Part shown: positions 1 to 10,555 of the stretch, in pieces
Layout of the letters: every line of letters begins with the position of its first letter
Numbering within the stretch: the first letter of the stretch is position 1
Origin: Spirochaetia bacterium
GTDB taxonomy: Bacteria; Spirochaetota; Spirochaetia; CADAEX01
DNA length: 64,000 nt
NCBI GenBank assembly: GCA_963662795.1
Contig: OY759746.1
Coordinates: forward strand, 672,001 to 736,000
Direction: 5' to 3'
The notes under the pieces: model-generated
What the model was told of the DNA's origin: nothing
What the model saw: only the letters and a program-made list of their open reading frames with translations
Databases searched by the model: none
Program-made: the position numbers and the translations under genes

Positions 1-96
1 ATGCTCTCTCCATGCTGCGATTCAGAGAAAAAGATCGTAATTACGGTAATTGCGGTTATGAAAAAAAAGAATGAAGCAGTTTATTTTTTCTTATTA

Positions 97-121
97 TTTC
101 AATAACTTATAGTTATTGAAA
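97..121. promoter_or_regulatory. 11-bp perfect inverted repeat upstream of pyrK; each arm resembles an IHF site
   Basis: TTTCAATAACT-TAT-AGTTATTGAAA is seen directly. TTTCAATAACTTA is one mismatch from the IHF consensus WATCAANNNNTTR. Function is inferred. Confidence 0.3.
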
Positions 122-230
122 TTGCTGTATGATAACTTTTGCAAACATTTTTAACAGCCGGTGATAAGCTGTTTATCAGTCGTCTGCATGATTGAAACAG
201 GGAAAGTTTTACTCTATAATTTCAACTCAA

Positions 231-1106
231 ATGATAATGGAAAAAGGGACACTGTCAGCAGTAAAAGAAATCGGGGAGAACCTTTATTATTTAAAGGTTA
301 ATCTGCCCCTTATTGCGGGTAAAATCAAACCGGGAAATTTCATATCGATTCTCCCGCCTCCTGAATCCGGCAGGTATATAAGACGCCCGTTTTCTGTTGC
401 CGGAACTGTTTCCGGATGCGTTGAACTGGTTATTAAAAATATCGGGCCGGTAACATCTTCCTTGTGCAGACTCAAAGAAGGAAACAGGCTTGACGTACTC
501 GGTCCGCTTGGAAATACCTATAACCTGAACCGGAAAAGCATATGGATGATCGGAGGCGGGACAGGTATTGCATCAATACTTTTTTTAAACTCTTCGCGGT
601 TTAAAGCAGACTCATCATCAATATGCGACAGGGTGCTTTGGGCTGGAAAGACAGCATCAGCTCTCCCGCCGGAAACTGTAATGAGGAACAAATTTTTCTC
701 TTCGGTTTTCAGACAGAACATAAGTTTTGCGACAGATGACGGGACTGCCGGCGAAAAGGGGACAGCCCCTGATGTACTTGAAAAATGGCTTAAGGCAGCC
801 TTCCGCGAAACCGGCAAAACTCATGAAAATCGAAACAGCAGCGGCAGAGAAGTTTCAGCAGGCAGGACAGCCGGCGAATACATGGAAACTCCGGATGCTA
901 TAGTTTCCTGCGGCCCGCACGCCATGATGAAAGCGGTAAAGGAAACTGCAGACAAGGCCGGTATTCCTTCATGGTTTTCACTTGAAGAGTTTATGGCGTG
1001 CGGCGCAGGGGCGTGCGCAGGTTGCGCAGTTCCTGCCGCCGGCGGCGGATATTTAAAGGCCTGCAGCGACGGCCCGGTTTTCGCCGGCAGCGAGGTGATA
1101 CTGTGA
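231..1106 (+). CDS. pyrK: Dihydroorotate dehydrogenase electron transfer subunit
   Basis: RRPFSV FAD motif, GGGTGIA NAD motif and C-terminal MACGAGACAGC...C 2Fe-2S motif; directly upstream of pyrD. Start chosen at ATG 231 (ORF track opens at 192). Confidence 0.92.
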   Translation: MIMEKGTLSAVKEIGENLYYLKVNLPLIAGKIKPGNFISILPPPESGRYIRRPFSVAGTVSGCVELVIKNIGPVTSSLCRLKEGNRLDVLGPLGNTYNLNRKSIWMIGGGTGIASILFLNSSRFKADSSSICDRVLWAGKTASALPPETVMRNKFFSSVFRQNISFATDDGTAGEKGTAPDVLEKWLKAAFRETGKTHENRNSSGREVSAGRTAGEYMETPDAIVSCGPHAMMKAVKETADKAGIPSWFSLEEFMACGAGACAGCAVPAAGGGYLKACSDGPVFAGSEVIL

Positions 1107-2056
1107 AAGGATACGGCAGGATTGATACTGCAGTTGATATTACCGCCGGCACCGGGAAAGGTCTTGTTATTAAAAATCCCTTTATCGCTGCCAGCGGCAC
1201 TTGCGGCTACGGCACGGAATACTCATCCATTACGCCGCCTGAAGACTGGGGGGCCATGGTGCTGAAAACAGTAACACCGCAGCCGCGAAAGGGAAACGCC
1301 CCGCCGCGCACCTGCGAAACAGATTCAGGCATGCTCAATTCAATAGGGCTTGCAAATGCGGGGCTTGAAAAGTTTATACTGGAAAAACTCCCTGAATTTA
1401 CGACCCGTCACCCCGGGGCCTGTGCTGTTGCAAGCATAGCAGGCGAGAGTGCCGAAGAGTTTGAAATGCTTGCAGGTAAAATCGGCGCCTGCAAAGGGGT
1501 AAGTGCAATTGAGCTTAACTTTTCATGCCCAAATGTCGCGCGCGGAGGCATTCACTTCGGTGCCGATACAGTTTCCGCAGCCGAAGCAGTGAGCGGGTGC
1601 AGAAAGGCGGCATCTCTGCCGATATGGGTAAAAATCAGCCCGGCAGCATCCGACCCTGTAAAAATCGCTGCTGCTGCAATTGAAGCTGGAGCAGATGCAA
1701 TTGTCGCCGGAAACACAATGCCGGGCATGGTAATCGATATAAAAAAATACAAACCTCTGCTCGGCAACACAACAGGCGGCCTTTCCGGCCCTGCAATTTT
1801 CCCGATTGCGCTGCGCACAGCCTACATCATTGCAAAAGCACTTCCGGGAATCAGACTTATCGGATGCGGCGGGATAGACTGCGCTGAAAAGGCAATCCAG
1901 TTCATGCTTGCTGGGTGCTGCGCGGTTGAAATAGGAACAGCAGTATTCAGATCGCCTGATATACTTAAAGTTATTGAAGAAGGACTTATAAAATGGATGC
2001 AGGCTGAAGGCTTTACTTCACTGAAAGATTTCACAGGAAAAGCCCTCAAATCTTGA
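1103..2056 (+). CDS. pyrD: Dihydroorotate dehydrogenase (class 1B) catalytic subunit
   Basis: ASGT, GNAPPR, NSIGLAN, ELNFSCPN and GGLSG motifs. GTG 1103 overlaps the pyrK stop (GTGA) with GAGGT upstream. Confidence 0.95.
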   Translation: MKGYGRIDTAVDITAGTGKGLVIKNPFIAASGTCGYGTEYSSITPPEDWGAMVLKTVTPQPRKGNAPPRTCETDSGMLNSIGLANAGLEKFILEKLPEFTTRHPGACAVASIAGESAEEFEMLAGKIGACKGVSAIELNFSCPNVARGGIHFGADTVSAAEAVSGCRKAASLPIWVKISPAASDPVKIAAAAIEAGADAIVAGNTMPGMVIDIKKYKPLLGNTTGGLSGPAIFPIALRTAYIIAKALPGIRLIGCGGIDCAEKAIQFMLAGCCAVEIGTAVFRSPDILKVIEEGLIKWMQAEGFTSLKDFTGKALKS

Positions 2057-2116
2057 CCTTGGGGGCTGTATCATATATTTTCTATGTAAAGAATTATCCT
2101 GTACACCAAGCAGCAA

Positions 2117-2150
2117 CCCTGGCTCAAAATTGGCCGGGGCTTGTTTTATA
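2117..2150 (+). terminator. Possible intrinsic terminator between pyrD and carA
   Basis: CCCTGGC...GCCGGGG stem followed by CTTGTTTTAT. Confidence 0.4.
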
Positions 2151-2191
2151 CTGAAGATAATTCGCCAGATTTTAAGGAATACGGTAAAAAT

Positions 2192-3364
2192 ATGCAGGAA
2201 AGAAGTTACCTTGTCATAGAAGGGGGAAAGATTTTCCCCGGTTATTCATTCGGGGCACTTGCGCCAAAAACAGATGAACTTGAAAATTTCGATATAAAAC
2301 AGAAAGGATCAGGCGAGGTTGTGTTCAACACCGGGATGTCAGGTTATCACGAAATTCTTACAGACCCTTCCTATACCGGGCAGATTGTAACAATGACCTA
2401 TCCCCACGGCGGAAACTACGGTACAGAAAAAAGCTGGAGCGAAATCGGACCTGAAGGGAGCCGAAAGCTTCCGGGAATCAAACTCGCGGGGCTTGTTATC
2501 AAAAAACTGTACAGGGGACCGGTCCCGGAGGGAAGAGATACGCTTGATAATTTCATGAGAGACAACGATACACCGGGTATTGAGGGGATTGACACAAGAG
2601 CCCTGACTCTGCATATCAGGGATAACGGAAGCCCTAAAGGGGTCATAGTCCGCCCCGCAGATACAAACCCGGAAAAACTTACAGATAAGGATATTGCGTC
2701 GGCACTGGCTTTTATCAAAACTATTCCCGACATGGAAGGATGCAATCTGATCGGCGAAGTCGGGACATCTGATTTTGAAATCATAAACCCTGAAGGGACT
2801 GTTCATATGGCCCTGGTTGACTGCGGCATTAAGGCAAACATAATCAGGGAGCTTGTAAAACGAAACTGTAAAATATCATTTTTCCCGGAGGAAAGTTCAT
2901 CCGGGGATATATTAAAGGTAAAACCGGACGGAATACTTTTCTCAAACGGCCCCGGAGACCCGGCAGTACTTGGAAAACAAGTCGAAATGATAAAAGAGCT
3001 TATCGGCAGGATTCCGGTTTTCGGCATCTGCCTCGGCCACCAGATCATAAGCCAGGCGCTCGGGGCAAAGACATACAAGATGAAATTCGGCCATCACGGC
3101 CTGAATCATCCGGTAAGGGATATAAGAACGGGAAAGGTTTTTGTCACTTCACAAAACCACGGTTTTGCGGTTGACGCATCAACCCTCCCCGAAGGGGTAG
3201 AGGAACGCTTTATAAACGCCAATGACAAAAGCCAGGAAGGAATTGTCTGCGATAAACTATCAATTCTGACAGCACAGTTTCATCCGGAAGCGTCTCCGGG
3301 ACCTGTTGACTCATCCTGGATATTCGACGATTTTGTGGAAATTGCAAAAAAATCCAAAAAGTAG
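2192..3364 (+). CDS. carA: Carbamoyl-phosphate synthase small (glutaminase) subunit
   Basis: [32 protein letters not shown] and QFHPE motifs. Start moved to ATG 2192. Confidence 0.97.
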   Translation: MQERSYLVIEGGKIFPGYSFGALAPKTDELENFDIKQKGSGEVVFNTGMSGYHEILTDPSYTGQIVTMTYPHGGNYGTEKSWSEIGPEGSRKLPGIKLAGLVIKKLYRGPVPEGRDTLDNFMRDNDTPGIEGIDTRALTLHIRDNGSPKGVIVRPADTNPEKLTDKDIASALAFIKTIPDMEGCNLIGEVGTSDFEIINPEGTVHMALVDCGIKANIIRELVKRNCKISFFPEESSSGDILKVKPDGILFSNGPGDPAVLGKQVEMIKELIGRIPVFGICLGHQIISQALGAKTYKMKFGHHGLNHPVRDIRTGKVFVTSQNHGFAVDASTLPEGVEERFINANDKSQEGIVCDKLSILTAQFHPEASPGPVDSSWIFDDFVEIAKKSKK

Positions 3365-3393
3365 ATACGCTTAATCACGGCAAGGAGGAAAAT

Positions 3394-6300
3394 GTGCCGG
3401 CACGAAATGATATAAAAAAGATACTTATAATCGGTTCAGGCCCGATAGTAATAGGACAGGCATGCGAATTCGACTACTCAGGCACACAGGCGGTAAAAGC
3501 GCTTAAAGAAGAAGGGTATGAGGTAATTCTTGTAAACCCCAATCCGGCGACAGTCATGACAACGCCCGGCATTGCTGACAAAATATATATGGAGCCTCTT
3601 GAAGTAAACTACCTTGAGGAAATCATCAGCAGGGAAAGGCCTGATGCAATACTCCCGACCATCGGGGGACAGACCGGACTCAACCTATCGCTTGACCTTT
3701 ATAACGCAGGTATTCTCGATAAATACAAGGTTGAAGTAATAGGGGCGAGCGTAAACTCCATCATGCTTGCTGAAGACAGGGGAAAGTTTAAAAAAGTTGT
3801 ACAGGACATCGGCCTTGAAGTCCCGCGGTCGGTTATCGCAAAAAATTTCAGGGACGCGCAGGAGCTTTACAATGAAACAGGCCTCCCCCTTGTAATAAGG
3901 CCCAGCTACACCCTTGGGGGCAAGGGAGGAAGCATAGCCTATACAGATGAGGAGTTTGAAATACTCATCGACAAAGCGTTATCCGAAAGCCCTGTAGGCG
4001 AGGCCCTGATTGAGGAATCCCTTATCGGCTGGAAAGAGTTTGAAATGGAAGTCGTGCGAGACAAGGCAGATAACGCTGTAATAATATGTTCCATAGAAAA
4101 TGTCGATCCGATGGGAGTTCACACAGGAGACAGCATAACAGTCGCTCCTATTCAAACCCTCTCCGATGTTGAATACCAGAAGATGAGAACGGCAAGCCTT
4201 GATATTCTGCGGGCAATCGGAATTGACTGCGGCGGTTCAAACGTCCAGTTCGCCGTAAAACCTGATACAGGCAGAATGGTGGTAATAGAAATGAACCCGA
4301 GAGTTTCCCGCTCATCCGCCCTTGCCAGCAAGGCAACAGGTTTTCCGATAGCCAGGTGTTCAGCAAAGCTTGCTGTAGGCTATACCCTTGATGAGATAGT
4401 AAATGATGTTACAGGAAAAACAGTTTCGGCATTCGAGCCCGCCCTTGACTATGTCGCGGTAAAGATACCCCGCTTTGAACTTGAGAAATTTCCGAAGGGA
4501 TACGCCCAGCTCGGAACCCAGATGAAATCGGTCGGAGAATCGCTTGCGCTCGGACGGACTTTCAACGAGGCGCTTAACAAGGCGGTACGGTCGGTAGAGA
4601 ACGGCCGTGACGGGCTTGAAGGGCTTGACGTCAAGGATGAGCTGCTTGAAAAAATGCTTACAACACTTCATCCATTAAGAATATACGCAATCTACACTGT
4701 CCTGCTTAAAAAAGGAGAGGCGGCGATAGATGAGCTTAATATAAAATCCAGTTACGACAAGTGGTTTTTATATAACATGGCAGTCATGGCAGGAATCGAA
4801 AACAGCCTCAAAAAAATTCCCCTTAACGGAAAGATGCTTCTTGACGCGAAACAGAACGGATTTTCGGATAAAAAGATTGCAAGGCTTACAGGATTAAAAA
4901 TCAGTGAAGTGGAAAAAATGAGAGAGGACGAAGGGATAAACCCTTCATATCACTTTGTCGACACCTGTGCCGGTGAATTTTCCGCCGACACTCCCTACTT
5001 TTACTCTACTTTCGGGGAAGTTGATGAAGGAGGAAGCATAGGAGGGGATGCGGTAATAATTCTCGCCAGCGGCCCCAACAGAATCGGACAGGGACTTGAG
5101 TTTGATACCGGATGTACCCTGGCCTCCATCGCCTACAGGGGAGAAGGGGTCAGGTCGATAATGGTCAATTCAAACCCTGAAACAGTTTCAACAGACTTCA
5201 ATGTATCTGACAGGCTCTATCTTGAACCGCTTGTCGCGGAAGATGTAAAAAATATAATCAGGAAGGAAAAAGTAAAGGATGTCGTTGTCCAGCTAGGAGG
5301 ACAGACACCCCTTAACATGGCTGAAGAGCTTGAAAAATGGGGAGTCAACATAGTCGGCACATCGGTTGAGTCTATCAACAAGGCAGAAGACAGGGGGCTT
5401 TTCGCCTCCCTCCTTAAAAAGCTGAACCTCCGGCAGCCGGAAAACAGGACTGCGTTTTCCTTTGACCAGATAGTAAACTGCGCAGACGAAATAGGATATC
5501 CGGTACTGCTGCGCCCTTCATTTGTACTCGGCGGAAGAAGTATGTTTATAGCATATACAAAAGAGGAGCTTGAATTTTTCATAAACCAGGGAATTGAAAT
5601 ATCGAAAGAAAGGCCGGTTCTTGTAGACAAATTTCTGGAAGATGCTTTTGAATACGACATAGATGCGCTATGCGACGGTAAAAACGTGTATATTGCGGGG
5701 ATCATGCAGCATATCGAAGCTGCCGGTATCCACTCCGGAGACTCTGCCTGCGTATTTCCGGCATATAAATCCACCCCTGAAATTATTCAGGAGATGACAG
5801 AAGCGACGGTAAAAATCGCCCGCGAGATATCGGTAAAGGGATTTTTGAATATCCAGTATGCGGTTAAGGACAACATTCTTTATGTTCTTGAAGTAAACCC
5901 CAGGGGGTCAAGAACAGTCCCCTTCCTTTCCAAGGCATCCGGAATCAATCTTATTCAGGCTGCGGTAAGGATCTGGAGAGGCAAGGATTTAAAGCAGCAG
6001 AAGCTTGCGACAGAACGCGCCCCGTTCATTAAGGAAGAATGTTATCTTGGAATAGGTGTTCCGCAGACAGGATGGGCGGTAAAAGAGGCAGTGTTCTCAT
6101 TCGACAGATTTGTCGACTTTGATCCGGTTCTGGGACCTGAGATGAAATCGACAGGGGAAGTAATAGGAACAGGTGATACATTCGGCGAGGCTTTCGCAAA
6201 AGCGCAGATAGCTGCAGGGACTAAAATACCGGTTGAAGGGAAAATATTCGTGTCTGTTCATAAAAATGACAGAAAAACAATCCTTCCTATAGTAAAAGAC

Positions 6301-6639
6301 CTGCACTCAATGGGGTTTGCCATTGCCGCGACAAGGGGAACTGCGAACTTTCTCTTTGAAAACGGAATTTTTGCCGAAGTTATCCTTAAAATACACGAAG
6401 GGCACCCAAACGTAATCGACCACATGAAGAGTAAAAAGTTTGCACTTCTGATAAATACGCCGCTTGGAAAGTTTGCGGAAATCAGTGATACGGAAATAAG
6501 GATAGAAGCTGTAAAGAGAAAGCTACCCTACACCACAACTACATCCGCCGCCCACGCAGCGACAGAGGGGATACGGTACCTTAAAAAGAAAGAAGTTCTT
6601 GTGCGGCCGCTGCTCGATCTGCTGGGAAGCTTCAGGTAA
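3394..6639 (+). CDS. carB: Carbamoyl-phosphate synthase large subunit
   Basis: [18 protein letters not shown], two ATP-grasp halves (EMNPR/EVNPR) and a C-terminal MGS domain; GTG start after AAGGAGG. Confidence 0.98.
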   Translation: MPARNDIKKILIIGSGPIVIGQACEFDYSGTQAVKALKEEGYEVILVNPNPATVMTTPGIADKIYMEPLEVNYLEEIISRERPDAILPTIGGQTGLNLSLDLYNAGILDKYKVEVIGASVNSIMLAEDRGKFKKVVQDIGLEVPRSVIAKNFRDAQELYNETGLPLVIRPSYTLGGKGGSIAYTDEEFEILIDKALSESPVGEALIEESLIGWKEFEMEVVRDKADNAVIICSIENVDPMGVHTGDSITVAPIQTLSDVEYQKMRTASLDILRAIGIDCGGSNVQFAVKPDTGRMVVIEMNPRVSRSSALASKATGFPIARCSAKLAVGYTLDEIVNDVTGKTVSAFEPALDYVAVKIPRFELEKFPKGYAQLGTQMKSVGESLALGRTFNEALNKAVRSVENGRDGLEGLDVKDELLEKMLTTLHPLRIYAIYTVLLKKGEAAIDELNIKSSYDKWFLYNMAVMAGIENSLKKIPLNGKMLLDAKQNGFSDKKIARLTGLKISEVEKMREDEGINPSYHFVDTCAGEFSADTPYFYSTFGEVDEGGSIGGDAVIILASGPNRIGQGLEFDTGCTLASIAYRGEGVRSIMVNSNPETVSTDFNVSDRLYLEPLVAEDVKNIIRKEKVKDVVVQLGGQTPLNMAEELEKWGVNIVGTSVESINKAEDRGLFASLLKKLNLRQPENRTAFSFDQIVNCADEIGYPVLLRPSFVLGGRSMFIAYTKEELEFFINQGIEISKERPVLVDKFLEDAFEYDIDALCDGKNVYIAGIMQHIEAAGIHSGDSACVFPAYKSTPEIIQEMTEATVKIAREISVKGFLNIQYAVKDNILYVLEVNPRGSRTVPFLSKASGINLIQAAVRIWRGKDLKQQKLATERAPFIKEECYLGIGVPQTGWAVKEAVFSFDRFVDFDPVLGPEMKSTGEVIGTGDTFGEAFAKAQIAAGTKIPVEGKIFVSVHKNDRKTILPIVKDLHSMGFAIAATRGTANFLFENGIFAEVILKIHEGHPNVIDHMKSKKFALLINTPLGKFAEISDTEIRIEAVKRKLPYTTTTSAAHAATEGIRYLKKKEVLVRPLLDLLGSFR

Positions 6640-6653
6640 TCATCCCGGGCTGC

Positions 6654-8492
6654 TTATTCTGTAATAATAATGTTTATTTCCTTTCCGGCAGGCATCTGCC
6701 GGAATTTTATATTTTTACCTGAAGAGTCCGTTATGCGGAATTCCATATCCTTAAATCCTCCGGCGGTAAATCCGGCGCCGCTGAAAGCTTTTCCATTGAT
6801 TATCTGTATATCAATTTTTTTATCGTTTTCAATCAGCCTGTAATCCAGAAGAGCCCTGTTTCGCCAGAAATCCCCGTATTCGGAGATACTGCCCATCCAG
6901 CCGTCCCTGCTTTTTACATACTTCATAATCCCTTCCTGGGCGACCAGTTTATAATCATTGTCTCTTGTGTCAGAAGGGTGCATTAAAAGAACAGTTACAG
7001 ATCCATTGTCCGCGTTTTTTTTAATTATATCATTCCAGAGACTGATCACATCCTTAACAGATTTGCTTGTAAGAAATCCCATGGAATCATCAATTGATAC
7101 AGGGATCTCGATAACATCAGTAACCGGCGATCCGGTTACTCTCTCGCTGAAGGCAAAAAAAGGAAATGCTGTAAGTATATCATTTGATGAGAATGTTGAA
7201 TCGTATTTATATCCGTACTCTGCAAGCACACCTATAAGGGCGCGCGGAAATGCGAGATTACCCGAGCGATAGCTTATTGTATTCTGACCTGGAATGTCCC
7301 TGTCAAGAAGCTCCTTGCTTACCCCTGCCTCTCCCCTTATTGTGAACTGTTTTAACGGGTTATAGTTAACGAATTTCACCCCTTTTTCCCCGAGAGGCGC
7401 ATTGGTAAGATCAACATAATGCGACACTGTATGGGAGCCGATATCAAACCCCATATTTTTAAGTTTTATAATCGCTTCCCTGTTTTCCGGTACATTATAG
7501 TAATCTATATCCTGATAATCCCTGAAATATTTAGTATTCTCAAAATATGTGGCTGAAGCATTATACTTTTTCTCAAGCTTTGCGAATTTAAGGGAATCAA
7601 GAAATGATGTCTGGGCATCAACATCATGCGACAGAACAAGAGAAGTACTTTTAAGGGAAGGGTTTGTCCCCTTGTAGAAATACTTGCCGTTATGCTGCAT
7701 GTAAATTGATTTTACAATAAGCATGACAACGTCTGCCGAAGGTTCAAAACTGTTAACAAACTTTCTCTGAGCCTCATAATCGTTTCCCATCTGCGGAAGA
7801 AGAACCGATTCGGTAAATGAAACACCAAAGAGATATGCATTCCCTCTTCCGTATCTTTTCTTTATGAATCCCGCGAAGTTGTCCGGATAACTGCCAAGTA
7901 TATGTCTTTTATCGGAAACCTTATATCCATGAGACCAGATAACATTTTCATATATCGGGCCTGTTCCGTTTCCGAGTGATATTGTTCTCTCTTCATCCGT
8001 ATCAAGATAAGCGAGGACAGGATCATCACCGGAGAAAGAAAGCCTGTATCTTTTCCTTGTGGCGCTATATTCTTCAATGTCAAAAAGAGAGAAATAGGTT
8101 TTTCCGATTTCTCCGGCAGTCATAAATGTTCCGCCGTTTTCTACAAATTCATACAGGATATTGGCAAAATCCTTTCCCGCCCCCTTATCAGTAAGCGGTC
8201 CCGAAATAAAAGCTGTTTTATACTTAAGTAAATCTTTCGGATCTGATAATACATCATAGGGTATTCCCTGAATATCAAAGATCCTTTTCATGGCGATGAA
8301 TTCAGTAGAACCGGAAGTTCCTGCTGAAGCGCTCGGATCATAAATACCGCCGGAGACTGTTTTGCTGTCATCAGCAGTATCTGCACCGGTCCGGAAAAGT
8401 GCCGTTTTCACGGAAAAGGTGATGTCTTTTTCCGCACTGAAAAGACTTGCTGACGTCAGAAGGAAAATATATAAAATCATTTTTTTGTTCAT
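6654..8492 (-). CDS. Exported polysaccharide deacetylase (NodB-like) family protein with an N-terminal GATase-like/trimerisation-type domain
   Basis: Signal peptide; LSHDVD, IGSHTVSH, YRSG, YDST and LLMHP motifs of the CE4/NodB superfamily. Confidence 0.72.
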   Translation of the reverse strand: MNKKMILYIFLLTSASLFSAEKDITFSVKTALFRTGADTADDSKTVSGGIYDPSASAGTSGSTEFIAMKRIFDIQGIPYDVLSDPKDLLKYKTAFISGPLTDKGAGKDFANILYEFVENGGTFMTAGEIGKTYFSLFDIEEYSATRKRYRLSFSGDDPVLAYLDTDEERTISLGNGTGPIYENVIWSHGYKVSDKRHILGSYPDNFAGFIKKRYGRGNAYLFGVSFTESVLLPQMGNDYEAQRKFVNSFEPSADVVMLIVKSIYMQHNGKYFYKGTNPSLKSTSLVLSHDVDAQTSFLDSLKFAKLEKKYNASATYFENTKYFRDYQDIDYYNVPENREAIIKLKNMGFDIGSHTVSHYVDLTNAPLGEKGVKFVNYNPLKQFTIRGEAGVSKELLDRDIPGQNTISYRSGNLAFPRALIGVLAEYGYKYDSTFSSNDILTAFPFFAFSERVTGSPVTDVIEIPVSIDDSMGFLTSKSVKDVISLWNDIIKKNADNGSVTVLLMHPSDTRDNDYKLVAQEGIMKYVKSRDGWMGSISEYGDFWRNRALLDYRLIENDKKIDIQIINGKAFSGAGFTAGGFKDMEFRITDSSGKNIKFRQMPAGKEINIIITE

Positions 8493-8494
8493 TG

Positions 8495-9820
8495 TTATTT
8501 ACTCCAGAACAGATCATCAGGTTTGGAAAGCAGATGTTCCGCGATGATATACCATGCAGTGCCGGCTACGCTGGGGAAAGAGCTGAAATGATGCGGCACA
8601 TCGGTAGACACATAAAGCAAGCCTCCGTTATCCGCCATCTTTGCAGCAGCTTTAATTATTTCCCGGCCCTTTTCAGGATTGCCTGCCCTGATGTATGCGG
8701 ACGCTGCGCCCAGAGACCCTTCAGACCAGACAATCGAAATGTCCCTCCAGGTTTTTATTCCTGGTCCGATCAGGGCTGATGCGATTTCAGGCGATTCGTA
8801 TATATTTTCATCATGATAAGGGCCGTATCCTGAAAATCCTTTATCTTCAGTTTTGAAATTTTTCTCTATCTCTTCAAGTGATTTAAAGGCCTTTCCACGG
8901 GCCCCGACACTTGTAAGGAAAAGGGATCCCCACGACGCCCCGTCAAGGGGAAGGGCAAGGTCAGGTTTCCCGTCACCCTTAATTCCTCTGAAAAACTGGT
9001 TATTATCCTTATCCCACATGTTTTTCATAAGGGAGTTCTTTACTATTTCCGCCGCGTCGGCCCATTCTTTTTTCCCTGTAAGCCGGCCCAGGTCACGGAA
9101 CAGGAAATAAGCATCGATGTTATGCTCCATGCTCACCCAGTCTATGACAGTTTCCCTGAAAACCTCTTCGACTTTTTTTGTATCTGAAGAATACTCAAGC
9201 ACATAGCTTCCCTGTCCCCCGGTTACGAGGCCGAACCTTTTGTCTTTTTTATCTGTTATCTGCCTGTTTTTCAGGTAACCGGCTATTTTTTCAGCCATAG
9301 CCAGGTACTGCCCTGCAAGATAATCATTTTCAGCAAACCCCGGCTCCTCAATCTGCCTTGAAAGAATGTAATAAACAGGCGCGTAACCTGCCCATGCAAG
9401 GGCGCCGCTTCTTATAACAGCACCGTAATGATCTTCAGGAGAAGGCCAGCTGTTTTGCGTATTGCAGGAAAACCAGATACTTCCGTCATCATTTAAAAGC
9501 CTTTCCATCGCACTTAGAATATATTCTGAATATTTGTACTCCCCTTTCATGGTAAAGGCTATAACGGCAAGGGCATCATCATATATAAAGGATTTACCGG
9601 AGATATAAGGATAGGCAGGATCGCTTTCAGGGAGCCTGTAGCTGAGGATAAGCCTTCTTCTCTCCTGAACCGGATTTTCAATCGTATCATTCGGGACAAT
9701 CTGCGATTTAAGCCAGCTTATGCTTTTATCAGTCATTTCATCTGCGTGTATCTGTGCAAACCCGGCAAATAAAAACATAACCGGTGCTGCAAGTAAAATC
9801 AATCTTTGTTGTTTTCCCAT
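8495..9820 (-). CDS. Exported six-hairpin (alpha/alpha)6 glycosidase-like protein
   Basis: Signal peptide; IYDDALA, SMEHNIDAY, LDGASWG, VWSEG and AGTAW motifs typical of (alpha/alpha)6 glycosidase-like proteins. Start at ATG 9820. Confidence 0.55.
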   Translation of the reverse strand: MGKQQRLILLAAPVMFLFAGFAQIHADEMTDKSISWLKSQIVPNDTIENPVQERRRLILSYRLPESDPAYPYISGKSFIYDDALAVIAFTMKGEYKYSEYILSAMERLLNDDGSIWFSCNTQNSWPSPEDHYGAVIRSGALAWAGYAPVYYILSRQIEEPGFAENDYLAGQYLAMAEKIAGYLKNRQITDKKDKRFGLVTGGQGSYVLEYSSDTKKVEEVFRETVIDWVSMEHNIDAYFLFRDLGRLTGKKEWADAAEIVKNSLMKNMWDKDNNQFFRGIKGDGKPDLALPLDGASWGSLFLTSVGARGKAFKSLEEIEKNFKTEDKGFSGYGPYHDENIYESPEIASALIGPGIKTWRDISIVWSEGSLGAASAYIRAGNPEKGREIIKAAAKMADNGGLLYVSTDVPHHFSSFPSVAGTAWYIIAEHLLSKPDDLFWSK

Positions 9821-9948
9821 AGGTATAATTAATTTAATACCAATATATATCCAAATCAATATTTATTTCATCCAGCCAGGAAGCATCAAAATATGATATA
9901 CCCGGGTAAGTCTTGATTTTTGCCTTATTTTGGAATAATCATTAGAAC

Positions 9949-10551
9949 ATGAATTCATGGATGCATATCTGGTCTTCAGCTTTTATTCTCCTGTTTGTCA
10001 TAGATCCTTTCGGCAATATCCCGATCCTCCTCACCATTCTTAAAAACCTTGAAGGGCGGAGAATGAGCTATGTAATATTCAGGGAAATGATGATAGGGCT
10101 TTTTCTTTTAATACTCTTTCTCTATTTCGGCAATGTTTTCCTTAAGCTTTTTCATCTCGAAACAGGGGCCATTACAATATCAGGGGGAATAATTTTCTTT
10201 ATAATAAGCCTCAGGATGATATTTCCCGGGCCTAAAGGCTCAAATATCTACGCATCTGAAAAAGAGCCGTTCATTGTACCCATTGCAATGCCGATGATTG
10301 CAGGTCCTGCCGCCCTTGCCACCCTCCTGATAATGGGAGATAGCAGCGGAAACAACAAAACATCCCTGCTGCTATCGCTTTTCTGCGCCTGGCTCATATC
10401 ATTTATGATACTCATCCTCTCCCCCCACCTCTTAAACCTTCTCAAGGAAAGGGGGCTTACCGCCCTGGAAAGGCTGATGGGGATGCTCCTTCTGATTATG
10501 TCTGTCCAGAAATTTATTGACGGGCTAAGGGAAATTGTGCCGAATTTTTAA
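9949..10551 (+). CDS. marC: MarC family integral membrane protein
   Basis: IDPFGNIP, IVPIAMPMIAGPA and LERLMG motifs; about 6 TM segments. Confidence 0.9.
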   Translation: MNSWMHIWSSAFILLFVIDPFGNIPILLTILKNLEGRRMSYVIFREMMIGLFLLILFLYFGNVFLKLFHLETGAITISGGIIFFIISLRMIFPGPKGSNIYASEKEPFIVPIAMPMIAGPAALATLLIMGDSSGNNKTSLLLSLFCAWLISFMILILSPHLLNLLKERGLTALERLMGMLLLIMSVQKFIDGLREIVPNF

Positions 10552-10555
10552 ACAG

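Noticed and set aside
998-1102. Arg-rich N-terminal extension of the pyrD ORF
   Set aside because: It is an alternate-frame read of the GC-rich pyrK 3' end; GTG 1103 with an RBS and GTGA coupling is the better start.
2060-2190. PyrR-type attenuator before carA
   Set aside because: A hairpin is present, but I see no PyrR-binding-loop consensus; kept only as a possible terminator.
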